Of a stretch of DNA of 62,045 bases, positions 49,182 through 62,045 are shown piece by piece (within the stretch, counting starts at the first letter, position 1; the number at the start of each line of letters is the position of its first letter). The DNA comes from Octopus bimaculoides (taxonomy: Eukaryota): positions 68,428,017 to 68,490,061 of the forward strand of contig NC_068985.1 in the NCBI RefSeq assembly GCF_001194135.2, in the 5' to 3' direction. A program made the position numbers and the translations under genes. The notes beneath the pieces are model-generated. The model saw nothing but the letters and a program-made list of their open reading frames with translations, did not search any database and was not told where the DNA came from.

Positions 49182-50297
49182 TATATGTTTTGCCTATTTG
49201 GTTATGTTTGCTGGCCACTTTATCATTAATTAATTTTTTTACAGGTGTGAGTGTATAGCTATGCNNNNNNNNNNNNNNNNNNNNNNNNNNNNNNNNNNNN
49301 NNNNNNNNNNNNNNNNNNNNNNNNNNNNNNNNNNNNNNNNNNNNNNNNNNNNNNNNNNNNNNNNNNNNNNNNNNNNNNNNNNNNNNNNNNNNNNNNNNNN
49401 NNNNNNNNNNNNNNNNNNNNNNNNNNNNNNNNNNNNNNNNNNNNNNNNNNNNNNNNNNNNNNNNNNNNNNNNNNNNNNNNNNNNNNNNNNNNNNNNNNNN
49501 NNNNNNNNNNNNNNNNNNNNNNNNNNNNNNNNNNNNNNNNNNNNNNNNNNNNNNNNNNNNNNNNNNNNNNNNNNNNNNNNNNNNNNNNNNNNNNNNNNNN
49601 NNNNNNNNNNNNNNNNNNNNNNNNNNNNNNNNNNNNNNNNNNNNNNNNNNNNNNNNNNNNNNNNNNNNNNNNNNNNNNNNNNNNNNNNNNNNNNNNNNNN
49701 NNNNNNNNNNNNNNNNNNNNNNNNNNNNNNNNNNNNNNNNNNNNNNNNNNNNNNNNNNNNNNNNNNNNNNNNNNNNNNNNNNNNNNNNNNNNNNNNNNNN
49801 NNNNNNNNNNNNNNNNNNNNNNNNNNNNNNNNNNNNNNNNNNNNNNNNNNNNNNNNNNNNNNNNNNNNNNNNNNNNNNNNNNNNNNNNNNNNNNNNNNNN
49901 NNNNNNNNNNNNNNNNNNNNNNNNNNNNNNNNNNNNNNNNNNNNNNNNNNNNNNNNNNNNNNNNNNNNNNNNNNNNNNNNNNNNNNNNNNNNNNNNNNNN
50001 NNNNNNNNNNNNNNNNNNNNNNNNNNNNNNNNNNNNNNNNNNNNNNNNNNNNNNNNNNNNNNNNNNNNNNNNNNNNNNNNNNNNNNNNNNNNNNNNNNNN
50101 NNNNNNNNNNNNNNNNNNNNNNNNNNNNNNNNNNNNNNNNNNNNNNNNNNNNNNNNNNNNNNNNNNNNNNNNNNNNNNNNNNNNNNNNNNNNNNNNNNNN
50201 NNNNNNNNNNNNNCTTATAAACGTTCTGTTTGTTTTCTTTTCCGAGTCGATGTACTCGTTATCTATGCTAAGAACGTCTACAGCGAGCTTCGAATAT

Positions 50298-50532
50298 CTC
50301 GTCGCCACTATTATATATACTACACTGTTACAGTGTTATAGCACTACAAAAAACTAAACCAGTATCAAACACGTAGCAAACTTATCTCTTCTCAACGACT
50401 TTTACGACTGCCCTCACAAATGCGGCTGCACACAGCACACCGTACGTCGCACTGTCAGTATGCACACTCCTTTATAAAGTTTAGGACAGTACACTTGCTA
50501 TCCGGCAGGGTTGTCAGGAATTCACCACAAGA
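50298..50532 (-). mobile_element. 5' LTR (~50311-50532) plus primer-binding site (50298-50307) of a gypsy-type LTR retrotransposon
   Basis: On the minus strand the LTR starts T(C)TTGTGG, contains tataaaggag, and is followed by TGGCGACGAG, complementary to the 3' end (CTCGTCG-CCA) of tRNA-Ser(GCU). Confidence 0.7.
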
Positions 50533-50997
50533 GTGTGTGTGTGTGCGCGCGCGCGTGTTTATGTTCGTGCATATTTCGTAATTTAACAGTCCGACAAAAA
50601 GAGACGGGGAGAATAATTACCAGGCCTAATATAGTTAGTACTGGAGTAATTTTCTTCCACTAAAAACTTCATGGCAGTGGCCCAGTATGACTGAAATCCA
50701 ATGAATGAAACAAGCAAAAAATAATAGATGATATCTTAACATTTATTCGATGGAACCTCATCACGATTTATTACATTAGTCTTGCCACAGAGACACGATG
50801 AGTTATACATACACTTCCAAAATGAAAAAAAANNNNNNNNNNTATATATATATATATACATACATACACACACACATACATATACATACATATGTATATG
50901 CACTTGTGTGTTAGTGTGTATGTATTTGTTTGTTTGTTCGTTTGCTTGCTTGTGTCTGTGTGTGTGTGTACGTTTATATGTATTATATCCTTGAATT

Positions 50998-51229
50998 TGG
51001 ATATATACTGGACTGTCACTGTTACAACACTACAAAAAGTAAATCACTAACAGACACAACAAATTTATATTTCTTCTCAACGACTTCTACGACTGCCCTC
51101 ACAAACGCGACTGCACACACCACTCTGTACGTCGCACTTTCTGTATGCATGCTCCTTTATAAGTTATAGGACAGTTTACTTGCTATCCCATAGAGGTGTC
51201 AGGATTTTGCCACAACATCTCCCCTTCTT
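50998..51229 (-). mobile_element. Polypurine tract (51218-51229) plus 3' LTR (~50998-51217) of the same LTR family
   Basis: Minus strand AAGAAGGGGAGA|TGTTGTGG. The LTR aligns to 50311-50532 (shared ttctcaacgact..tacgactgccctcacaaa, gtacgtcgcact, ctcctttataa), roughly 80% by eye. Confidence 0.75.
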
Positions 51230-52296
51230 GAGCTCGACTTTCCTTGGAAGTCAATATTTTTCTTTTATTTATTATATATTTATTACCACCTTCCCCCTTT
51301 TTTTAAAAATTCCCCGGGAAGNNNNNNNNNNNNNNNNNNNNNNNNNNNNNNNNNNNNNNNNNNNNNNNNNNNNNNNNNNNNNNNNNNNNNNNNNNNNNNN
51401 NNNNNNNNNNNNNNNNNNNNNNNNNNNNNNNNNNNNNNNNNNNNNNNNNNNNNNNNNNNNNNNNNNNNNNNNNNNNNNNNNNNNNNNNNNNNNNNNNNNN
51501 NNNNNNNNNNNNNNNNNNNNNNNNNNNNNNNNNNNNNNNNNNNNNNNNNNNNNNNNNNNNNNNNNNNNNNNNNNNNNNNNNNNNNNNNNNNNNNNNNNNN
51601 NNNNNNNNNNNNNNNNNNNNNNNNNNNNNNNNNNNNNNNNNNNNNNNNNNNNNNNNNNNNNNNNNNNNNNNNNNNNNNNNNNNNNNNNNNNNNNNNNNNN
51701 NNNNNNNNNNNNNNNNNNNNNNNNNNNNNNNNNNNNNNNNNNNNNNNNNNNNNNNNNNNNNNNNNNNNNNNNNNNNNNNNNNNNNNNNNNNNNNNNNNNN
51801 NNNNNNNNNNNNNNNNNNNNNNNNNNNNNNNNNNNNNNNNNNNNNNNNNNNNNNNNNNNNNNNNNNNNNNNNNNNNNNNNNNNNNNNNNNNNNNNNNNNN
51901 NNNNNNNNNNNNNNNNNNNNNNNNNNNNNNNNNNNNNNNNNNNNNNNNNNNNNNNNNNNNNNNNNNNNNNNNNNNNNNNNNNNNNNNNNNNNNNNNNNNN
52001 NNNNNNNNNNNNNNNNNNNNNNNNNNNNNNNNNNNNNNNNNNNNNNNNNNNNNNNNNNNNNNNNNNNNNNNNNNNNNNNNNNNNNNNNNNNNNNNNNNNN
52101 NNNNNNNNNNNNNNNNNNNNNNNNNNNNNNNNNNNNNNNNNNNNNNNNNNNNNNNNNNNNNNNNNNNNNNNNNNNNNNNNNNNNNNNNNNNNNNNNNNNN
52201 NNNNNNNNNNNNNNNNNNNNNNNNNNNNNNNNNNNNNNNNNNNNNNNNNNNNNNNNNNNNNNNNNNNNNNNNNNNNNNNNNNNNNNNNNNNNNNNN

Positions 52297-52388
52297 AAAC
52301 ACCTAATAGCTCCATGATGCTCCGGTAGGGGGTGGTGGCGGTCCCTGCTGTACTCTTTCAACACAACTTTCTCTCACTCTTTCTTCCA
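52297..52388 (+). mobile_element. SINE family B internal fragment
   Basis: ggtggcggtccctgctgtactctttcaacacaactttctctcactc matches ~43650-43700. Confidence 0.65.
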
Positions 52389-53328
52389 TTGGGATATGAC
52401 TCTGGAGGAAGCAATTGCAACAAATTCTCCAAAGCATGTCAGGGATCTGTTTGAAGATCTTCCCATTCGGGGTCGGTTCCTTAAAAGTATATCCTAGCTT
52501 AAAAGCCACCATATATGGCGACTTTTAAGCGAGTATATAGAGAATATTTCACGGCCATTCTGAAAGACATAACCAATAACCTTTCTAGGATCTTAGAGTA
52601 CAGATCTTTCACTGCATTTGAAATTCCACCTAATGCAAGTTATTGCATTCACATTTACAACAGGAGTAAAGATGTTTCAACACGTTACAAGTGACGGCAA
52701 GTAACGTGTTGAATGAATGAATCACTTCATTTATAGGACTAATCTACCACGGAAGATATAAGATACGATTAATAGTCTAATTGATTTCAATGTTTTACTA
52801 ATATAGAAGCGGGGAATGCAAGCATACACAGACGCACAGTCAGACAGACAGACACACGCACAGAGCATAAATCTATGTGTATACGTACAACATATATATA
52901 TATATATATATATANNNNNNNNNNNNNNNNNNNNNNNNNNNNNNNNNNNNNNNNNNNNNNNNNNNNNNNNNNNNNNNNNNNNNNNNNNNNNNNNNNNNNN
53001 NNNNNNNNNNNNNNNNNNNNNNNNNNNNNNNNNNNNNNNNNNNNNNNNNNNNNNNNNNNNNNNNNNNNNNNNNNNNNNNNNNNNNNNNNNNNNNNNNNNN
53101 NNNNNNNNNNNNNNNNNNNNNNNNNNNNNNNNNNNNNNNNNNNNNNNNNNNNNNNNNNNNNNNNNNNNNNNNNNNNNNNNNNNNNNNNNNNNNNNNNNNN
53201 NNNNNNNNNNNNNNNNNNNNNNNNNNNNNNNNNNNNNNNNNNNNNNNNNNNNNNNNNNNNNNNNNNNNNNNNNNNNNNNNNNNNNNNNNNNNNNNNNNNN
53301 NNNNNNNNNNNNNNNNNNNNNNNNNNNN

Positions 53329-53389
<61 letters not shown>

Positions 53390-56300
53390 TTGATGCGGAA
53401 TGACCGACCATTAAAGGTGATTGAATTATCTAACTCAGAATCGTAACATCTGACTCAGCAAAACTTGTGTTATTGTGTATGAGTTTTGCCACCTCCGTCG
53501 GTGTGTGACCCTGGAGTCTTACTTTTTTGTTGTGTAAGGGGCCAAAACACGTACACAGCTGCTTCACCGGCTGATGACACATCAGTTACTGTATTCAGAG
53601 ACGGAGTACTGCAGCGTCGTCTGCACACAAGTGTTTACGCTAAATATACGTACACGCATACATACCTACCTACCAGCATGCATAGATACATACTTTATAC
53701 ATTGTAAGTACACGCACATATATAAATATATATTCACATGTATGCATGCATATTAACACACACACACACACACACACATTACACATACATACGCCTAATA
53801 ATAAAAAAAATGTAACCCCTACTTTACACCAACAGACAGCGAAAATTGAATATCTTTAAGAAAAAAAAAAGGAAATGAAAAGTAAACCAATAAATAAAAA
53901 AGGCGAACAATTCAATCATATTCTATTGTGAATACATTGCTTAAATTAAACGTTTGCATTAAAAAAGTTTCAAGGTTTGAAAATGAACGCAGATCAGTTA
54001 AATTCAAATCCGTTTTCGCATAATTGTCTACGTTAATCTGGCATTAAGATGCACGCTCTTTATTTCATGAGCGGGAAAAACGGAAATGGTAATCAATCAT
54101 GCACGTTAAAAAATAAAGCGATTTTAAATTAATAAAAACAACCCTAAAACACTCTCACAAATATTAAATACACCTAATATCAATAACGATAACTGGAACA
54201 ATATAAATCAATGTCAATGTGACCTAGTTAATATTTTGTGCTTTAATAATTTTTAGTTTTACTGACAATTTGGTTTTAGGTTCCGAAGAATTTTTTTTCA
54301 GTAAAGATATTTGTTACTTCTTTTTTTAATTTAGGTTTATTTTGTGCTTATTTTAGTATTTATTTCGTTCATGTGTCATTGTTGTTTTAATAAAGGACTT
54401 GCTTCAACTTAGAGCTGTAAAGAAAAGAATTCCATTGTAATACGTAGAATTGCGTCGTCTGTTAATTACTTTCAATTGGACTGTTGGGAATAAGTGGTAC
54501 ACATAATACATGATGACAATTATAATGATGATTTTGATATGTAGGAAGATTGATGGCCCACAGTGAAGATGATGTTGATAGTGACATGATAATGATTGAT
54601 GATGACTGATAATGATGATGGTAGTGAGAGTGATGATTATGATGATAAGGTGGATAGTGAATTTAATGATGATAGTAAGGATGCTGATGGTGATGTTACG
54701 ATGACAATGTGGATGATCACAATATAAATGTTGATGCGGATAGAATGATGATTGATTGTGATTGTGATTTTCATTGTCGTGACAGTAATGATGAAGATAG
54801 AATGAGAAAGAAGACGGGGACAGAGGTGACTATTATATCAAACACATGAATAGATATACGTTATGATACTGCATACTCTTTTCTATTTTTGTATAGTAAG
54901 GAACACTCAATTCTAGATGTTTTCCGATAGAACTATCTATGACAGCCTCCAGCTCAAATTATATACATTAGAGATAGTGGGTTATAAACCTGATAGCGGT
55001 GCAGCACAGATCAATAGTTGACTTTCGACTATGTTAACCATTTGCCTTCACCAGCGGTCCATTGTCTGAATCATTCGATCTATCTTTTAGAAGAGTCTAC
55101 CTCACATCAGTGTACTGCAATTTTGGCTATGCCCCTCGGCGGCAAACCTTATTTTCCGCATTCAGTCAACTAATACATATTTCCACCTACACGAGAATCA
55201 TTGCCCGGTTTTCATCTAATCGTATATAATCATTCGCTGCTGAAATGATGTTTCACGTACTGCAACTACACTCTACATAGAAGGCTCCATATGTTGTGGC
55301 TATTAATATGCAAACAAACAGCGGGGTTGTGGCAACTACTGAGATTTCTGTCTGGTCTTTGAGAATGGATTGTCGCCGAATATGAAACCTGTTTTCCAGC
55401 TGCTGTTTTCATTAATCAAGGGTAGTGCCTAATCAAGAGAAGCCAGTTTGTACATCGACAATTTTTTTTTTTTGAAGAGTATTATGGTAGACATATACAA
55501 GGTCGAGTGAAATATTAAAATAGTCAGATGACATAAAGACTGACGGTTTACATGAAATCGCATGAGGAATGAATAATAATAAGATTAAACAGTAATAAAT
55601 ATAATTATTTCTAACACAGGTTTAATTTGTCGATCAAGAATTTGACTGGTTTCTTTATTTACCTTCCTTTAAGGAAAAAGAAAGAATAGCAAAATTACAC
55701 CGTGTTGTATTGAATATTTTTTTCTGTTAAGTGTACTCCTACTCTACACTTCCGAACAATTTCTGCCTCACTAAAATACACTAAATTTCGTTACAAACCA
55801 TTTTTTTTTTCATTTTAGCAATATATATTTTAGCGAAATATAGACATTACATAAAGGTGAAATTTTCTAGATTTCCCCTATGTAAATTCTCCCTTCTTCG
55901 TATCTCCTACCACTTCAATAAATACTAGCTGTACACTTATTAATGTTTTTCAAATTCTCATTATTTGCATTTTTGAGTACGTACATTTGGAGCATTTGCT
56001 TCTTCCTTGTCGCAGACTATCTCGTTTTTTATAATGATGATCAGTCAGTTGCCTTTTCTTACTTATATGTACCTTCAGAAGCGAATGACATATATTCTGC
56101 AACAGAATGATATACAATATTTACAATATTGTCTATCGTATTGTCTGGATGGTTATTAAACAGATTTTATCAAGCATCTATTCGCTAATATTGCCACCCC
56201 ATCACTTTTAGTAGGTTTGATAAGACTCCAGCTGGAATTATGGATGAAATTAATATTGAAGTATTTCAGGGATATGAACAATCTCCATAGCCTAAGATTT

Positions 56301-56425
56301 TCTATTCTAAAATCTTTGCTTAGTTTCGTGGTTAGATTATTTATTCGTCACTAATTTCATTACAGACTTTAGAGTATATTGCGAGTAATAAAGTTGTGTA
56401 TTAATACCTATGTCCCCCCCAAAAA

Positions 56426-56456
<31 letters not shown>

Positions 56457-56462
<6 letters not shown>

Positions 56463-57376
56463 AATAACCTCCGAACGTCGGTTTATGGACAGTAAATATT
56501 ATTTGGGAAGAAATCAGTATCAGTTAATGATTCCCTTCAAATATTCATTCTTATTGTTTTGTATGATTTTCGATCCCATGAAGTTTCGTAATGCACGCTT
56601 GCATAAATAAATGAACATATTTGTTGAAGTTATTTAAACAATGATTTAATGATTGCGAATACATACACACAAAACCACTAGTGTCGTATTGAAAGCGTTC
56701 AGCTATTAAAAGAATATATATATAAACTCCGCTCAAGTACAAAATTTGGTGGGAATATATTTTTAAAGTGTGTAAATCAGCAACTTCCAGAATTAGGGAT
56801 TTTATACTGAGCTGATGCATTGTTTACTATACGTAAATACAGCAAAAAAATAACAAGAAAAGGCATAAAAAAGTTTATTACTTCTCAAATGGAGTGAGGT
56901 TTGCGATCTCTGCAGGAAAAGAACATAGCAATGTTAGGTTCTAAATTATTACTTTTGACCTTATTACTGGATTGAATCACCTATTTCACACACCAAGCGA
57001 AAATCTTAAGTGCGCTGGCTGCTGTTCAAATTATTCAAGATGTATTGTAAACTCTGTAGTTAAGCAGGTGTCAATTAGAATTTCTAAATTTTAGGCCAAC
57101 AAAGAAATGTTTAAAGGGCACATGAGATATCACAACCTAGCCCTAGCGGAAGCAGGCTTTAGCGAACAAATTAAATACATGCCAAATAACGATTCCGTCA
57201 AGGACAATGAGGTCGAATATACGACATATTATGAATCTGATAACTGTCATAATGATAGAAGTAAATATTCCAGAACTAGTTGTAAAGTATTTAATAGGAA
57301 ATTTAATCATAACACGAGTGGAATGCTTGAGTCAGTTGACACAGAAACGCTATCAACTAACAGAAAGATAAGCTAA
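56457..57376 (+). mobile_element. Penelope-like element remnant: reverse transcriptase and thumb
   Basis: LGRNQYQLMIPFK..MIFDPMKF; SAQVQNLVGIYF; LY*ADAL at 56802 (decayed YRDD); VRF*IITFDLITGLNHLFHTPSENLK..SNYSRCIVNSVVKQVSIRISK..FKGHMRYHNLALAEAGFSEQIKY. These are PLE RT motifs in order. Confidence 0.85.
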
Positions 57377-58904
57377 ATAAATATAACAGCTTGCGCAACA
57401 CTAGTTCGAGTAAATCCACAGATACGTCAATTTTCTGAATTGCTTGCATTATTGAAAATTCCCTTTCCTTGTACCTTCTCTCCATCTATTTGATAATCAC
57501 AAGATTACCATTTTATTTTTGCTTTACTATTTTCATATATATTTCCCTTTTTTTTTTGTTTTCATTTTGCTTTGCATTTGCTTAATTTTTTTTAGGTTTT
57601 ATCTTCTTCACCTAGCAGTTGCGTGAAATGCACTACCACACTGTTTAAGAAACATATTTTAACCTTCCTATTGCAGCTGTACCAATGTTACAGAGTCCTA
57701 CAAATTTACGATCCATGTAGTCTTACTCCTACTTTTCATTTATCTGCTATAATTTGTTTACTTATTTATGAACCTAACTATTTCGGTGAACTGTTTTGTA
57801 ATTATATCACTTCCTGATAACTTAGTAGATAGATGTTGATACTTCAAGATTAAGATAATTTTTGGTTTGCTCGTTTCCCCCCTCACATCGGTTCCAAAGA
57901 TATAGTAGAAAACGCGAAAAACCAGTCAGTCTCTTAAAATAGTTTCCCAAAATTGAGTAGCAAACTCCACACGCCTACCAGCGAACATGTGGGGTGTCAA
58001 TTTTTTTTTTACTGGATATTAATATTATTCACCCGTGGTACGAGAGAACAATAGCTTAAGGTTGATGACTACAAATAGGTGACCTAATTCGGTACAAATG
58101 TTACACTGACCAATTCCCAACGTATTTCTTTTCTTATTTTCATTTTCTTTGACCGTTCAGTTGTCTCGCCTCTTAAGGAGATACCATTGCAAGGGTTTTT
58201 CGCAAAATATTTTCAGTCAATCAATCCATCGATTTATAAAAGTGAAACCCGAAATCACCTAAATGAATACCTGAAACAGCTCTAAGCTTATAGTAGAGAA
58301 ATGTATATAAACCATTACTTCTGTCTATTTGTATACATATACGCACATACACGTACGCGCACACACACTAACACGCATATATATATATATATATATATAT
58401 ANNNNNNNNNNNNNNNNNNNNNNNNNNNNNNNNNNNNNNNNNNNNNNNNNNNNNNNNNNNNNNNNNNNNNNNNNNNNNNNNNNNNNNNNNNNNNNNNNNN
58501 NNNNNNNNNNNNNNNNNNNNNNNNNNNNNNNNNNNNNNNNNNNNNNNNNNNNNNNNNNNNNNNNNNNNNNNNNNNNNNNNNNNNNNNNNNNNNNNNNNNN
58601 NNNNNNNNNNNNNNNNNNNNNNNNNNNNNNNNNNNNNNNNNNNNNNNNNNNNNNNNNNNNNNNNNNNNNNNNNNNNNNNNNNNNNNNNNNNNNNNNNNNN
58701 NNNNNNNNNNNNNNNNNNNNNNNNNNNNNNNNNNNNNNNNNNNNNNNNNNNNNNNNNNNNNNNNNNNNNNNNNNNNNNNNNNNNNNNNNNNNNNNNNNNN
58801 NNNNNNNNNNNNNNNNNNNNNNNNNNNNNNNNNNNNNNNNNNNNNNNNNNNNNNNNNNNNNNNNNNNNNNNNNNNNNNNNNNNNNNNNNNNNNNNNNNNN
58901 NNNN

Positions 58905-60062
58905 TAGGGTCATCCAATAAATAATGCAGATTTTTATACTTCTTTAATTTTCTAAATTAAGATAAGCAAACATCTTTTTTAATCTAGAATATATTCTCCG
59001 TCTTCCAAAGTATACTTAGTCGTGAGGAAAAATACTCCTCTATACTGATCTGACCTCACCTGGAGAATTCATATGTTTTTCGTCCAAATGATTTTGAAAA
59101 CTGCGGAATAAATGATAATCAGATTGGGTAATGCCCGGCAAATATGGTGGGTGGGACATGGTTTCCCATTAAAACTGCTCAAGCCTTTGGAATGTCTTCC
59201 TGGTAGTATGCGGCCGAGTATTATCCTGATGGAAGAACACCTTTGGTTTTGAAACCAAAGGTGGTCATTTTTCTTCTAGCGCTTACTTAAGCCGCTCATG
59301 GTGCTCGTAGTAGATCGCCTTTGTTATCGTTTGGTTTGGGTTTCAAAGCTCAAAATGTCACATCCTACCAAACAATTAACAACACCTTACTTCAGTGAAT
59401 ACCTTTTTTAGCCTGGGGTGCTATTGTTTCGCCATTCACTACCCATGTCTTCGGCGCTTGACATTTTTATAGAGAACCTATTTCATGTCACGAGTCACTA
59501 TTCGGTCCAAAAACTGTCCATTTGTAATATGTGACAGCAAAGAAAAACACACATTCACCCACTGCGCGCGATTAGACTCGGGAAATTTGAGAGGAGCCCA
59601 CTGACCGAATTTACTGACTTTTCCGGTGGCACAAAGCTGTTGATGAAGGGTTCAATTACCAAATCCAAGCTTCTCTGCTAGTTCCTCAACGGTTACGATG
59701 GGATCTTGCTCCACCAGGCTTTGCAAGACGTTGAGCTCTGCATTTCTACCAGGACAAGGCTCGTCTTCTAGGCTGTAGTTTCCAGCTCGGAATTTCTGTA
59801 ACCACCATTGACACTGGGTTACGCTTATTGTCAGATCCACTTATACTGCATTAATATTCCTCGCAATTTATGTTGTGTTGTTGCCTTTATTGAACTCATA
59901 AAGCAAAATATGCCGAAAATGCTCCTTTGTCACTTCCATTATAGCCTTGAAAAAATAACTGATAAAATTGAACTGCACTCGGAGTGGGACAGTTTATCCT
60001 GTCCCCCTCCGACTTTTGGTCCATGCAATTGAAAAAACCGCATTATTTACGGGATCACCCAA
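58905..60062 (-). mobile_element. Near full-length mariner, transposase pseudogene (CDS ~59939 to 58979)
   Basis: TIRs tagggtcatccaataaataatgcagatttt and aaaaccgcattatttacgggatcacccaa|ta. Protein MEVTKEHFRHILLYEF...WLQKFRAGNYSLEDEP...QWAP...FLDRIVTRDMK*...HQDNTRPH...SDYHLFR...GEYILD*. Confidence 0.95.
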
Positions 60063-60456
60063 TATATATGTACATAGATATATGCATACATGCATACATA
60101 CATGCATAACATACATACATACATACACACAGACACACACACATACATATATACATACATATATACATACATATATATANNNNNNNNNNNNNNNNNNNNN
60201 NNNNNNNNNNNNNNNNNNNNNNNNNNNNNNNNNNNNNNNNNNNNNNNNNNNNNNNNNNNNNNNNNNNNNNNNNNNNNNNNNNNNNNNNNNNNNNNNNNNN
60301 NNNNNNNNNNNNNNNNNNNNNNNNNNNNNNNNNNNNNNNNNNNNNNNNNNNNNNNNNNNNNNNNNNNNNNNNNNNNNNNNNNNNNNNNNNNNNNNNNNNN
60401 NNNNNNNNNNNNNNNNNNNNNNNNNNNNNNNNNNNNNNNNNNNNNNNNNNNNNNNN

Positions 60457-60490
<34 letters not shown>

Positions 60491-62007
60491 GGAATACATA
60501 TATATATGCATATTTATGAGTGTCTATCTGTATGTATGTAAATATTCATTGGCAGAATTTAAAATAAGTAATGCAAATGCGAATTCTGAAGGGCCTTAAA
60601 TTATCTTTCCATCAGTTTCTAGCCGAAACCATAATTAGGTGAACATACTGAATTCGTTTAAGGAACAAATGCGTCCAGTTAGGATTTCATAAATTACTTG
60701 CGTTTGTTTAGAAAGTATTTTTATTATTACTTTTCTCTTTGTTAATAAACGCTATGCATCTATTATAGAGAAAATTATTATCACCGCATTCTACTTAAAT
60801 ACTTCTAGATGGTTGAAGATAATGACATTTCTGTATGGTTGAAGATTCGGAAAATAAGGCTGAAATTATTCCAGACGATTTCCTTTCAATCATTTCACAC
60901 CGGAATCTAGTAATTCTCATATACGCTGAACTTTATATAGTGTTGATTCTCTATACACTGGCTTTTAACTGATTATTCCACCAAAGACGAACACATTTAT
61001 CAGTTTAGTTTCAAGTATTTAGTTAATCTAAATATTTTGATTAACATCCCATGTATACAGGTCAGCGTGCCTAATGTCATTTATAATCAATGAATTTCAA
61101 AAATGCTGATCTGTCAGTTTGATAATTAAGCCAGAAGAATGTTTCGGAAATAACCATTTCTGAATTAAAATCAGGTTTCAAGCGCAAAATTAACCTCTAT
61201 TTTATGATACGTTTTCTCCGATATGTTATGGGAATTTTTCTATCCTGTATTGCTACTCTTTTGCGTTCAACTAATATTGTGCACGAATATAGAATAATGA
61301 TTCATGAATACATAATTGTATTTAAATGTATTTTACTTCGAATTATTTACAAATACAAACTTACATAATGGATAAATTGTAAATATTTGTACTTGCAGTT
61401 TTACTCGATAAGCAGCATAATATTATGAGCGCTGGAATATCTAAATTACTAATTTTTCCAAAGTAAGTCTGTCCTCGGGATTCCATGGCTTTCCCAACAA
61501 CGACTTATCAAAATATACTTGGATTCTCTGAAGCAAAAATTTTAGAGATATTCGTCGATCGCCTCACTATCGCCTAACCAAAGCATCATGCGTCTGATTT
61601 ACCTATTCAAATTTATCTCCTTGGGGCGTTTCGTTATTTCTCGTTTTCAGATAATTGAGTGGAGTCCTGACATATCTGTGTTCGCGATATTTGCAAGACA
61701 ATCTCCTGAATTGCGACCAGCCAAGAATTTGCAAGCGAGTAACTTTCAATAGTCGGCTTACATTTATCATCCAAAAAGATTGCAACCTCAGACAGTTTTA
61801 TATCAGGAGGTGCGCAAATATGCATGGCAGACTTAAAACAATTTAGAGCTATATTTTAGTGTAAAAAAAGGTAAAATCTCACTTTTTGCCTCTTGCTTTG
61901 TAAGGACTTTTAAACTACATAATCATACATGAACTGGACTTTCATTCATGTCGCTTTTGCGCTTGTATAAGAAGAAAATGTCTATAATACATATACATTT
62001 GTTATAT

Positions 62008-62045
<38 letters not shown>

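Noticed and set aside
53486-53707. GC-richer ORF (TYTAASPADDTSVTVFRDGVLQRR)
   Set aside because: Non-ATG start, weak donor, ends in a microsatellite; it could be regulatory DNA but is unsupported.
54490-54830. Asp-rich coding-like stretch
   Set aside because: Decayed (GAT)n repeat with stops in all frames.
918-60599. Numerous long ORFs (poly-HT, CV, YI, ER, poly-L/N/Y, X-runs)
   Set aside because: They are translations of di/tri-nucleotide microsatellites or N gaps, with no protein signal.

Overview
AT-rich, microsatellite-dense eukaryotic DNA with many N gaps (short-read scaffold). The SINE families look like those I recall from octopus, so a cephalopod origin is inferred, not proven. No intact host protein-coding gene is supported; most long ORFs in the track come from microsatellites or N runs. 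The window is a mosaic of decayed mobile elements: three mariner copies (two with both TIRs), one Tc1, a pogo/Tigger remnant and MITE, two Penelope-like (PLE) remnants (RT; thumb plus GIY-YIG), R4/Dong-type RLE LINE fragments, L1/Tx1 and CR1/L2 3' ends, two related gypsy-type LTRs with PBS and PPT, three tRNA-derived SINE families, and three foldback elements. The most interesting signal is a set of PLE-type minimal hammerhead ribozyme motifs. There are four clear ones: two sit in opposite arms of an ~870-bp inverted repeat, and three have non-canonical cores. A degenerate 3 x ~358-bp tandem array next to a PLE endonuclease may be a retrozyme-like relic. A few orphan exon-like segments suggest the window may be intronic or carry a lncRNA.
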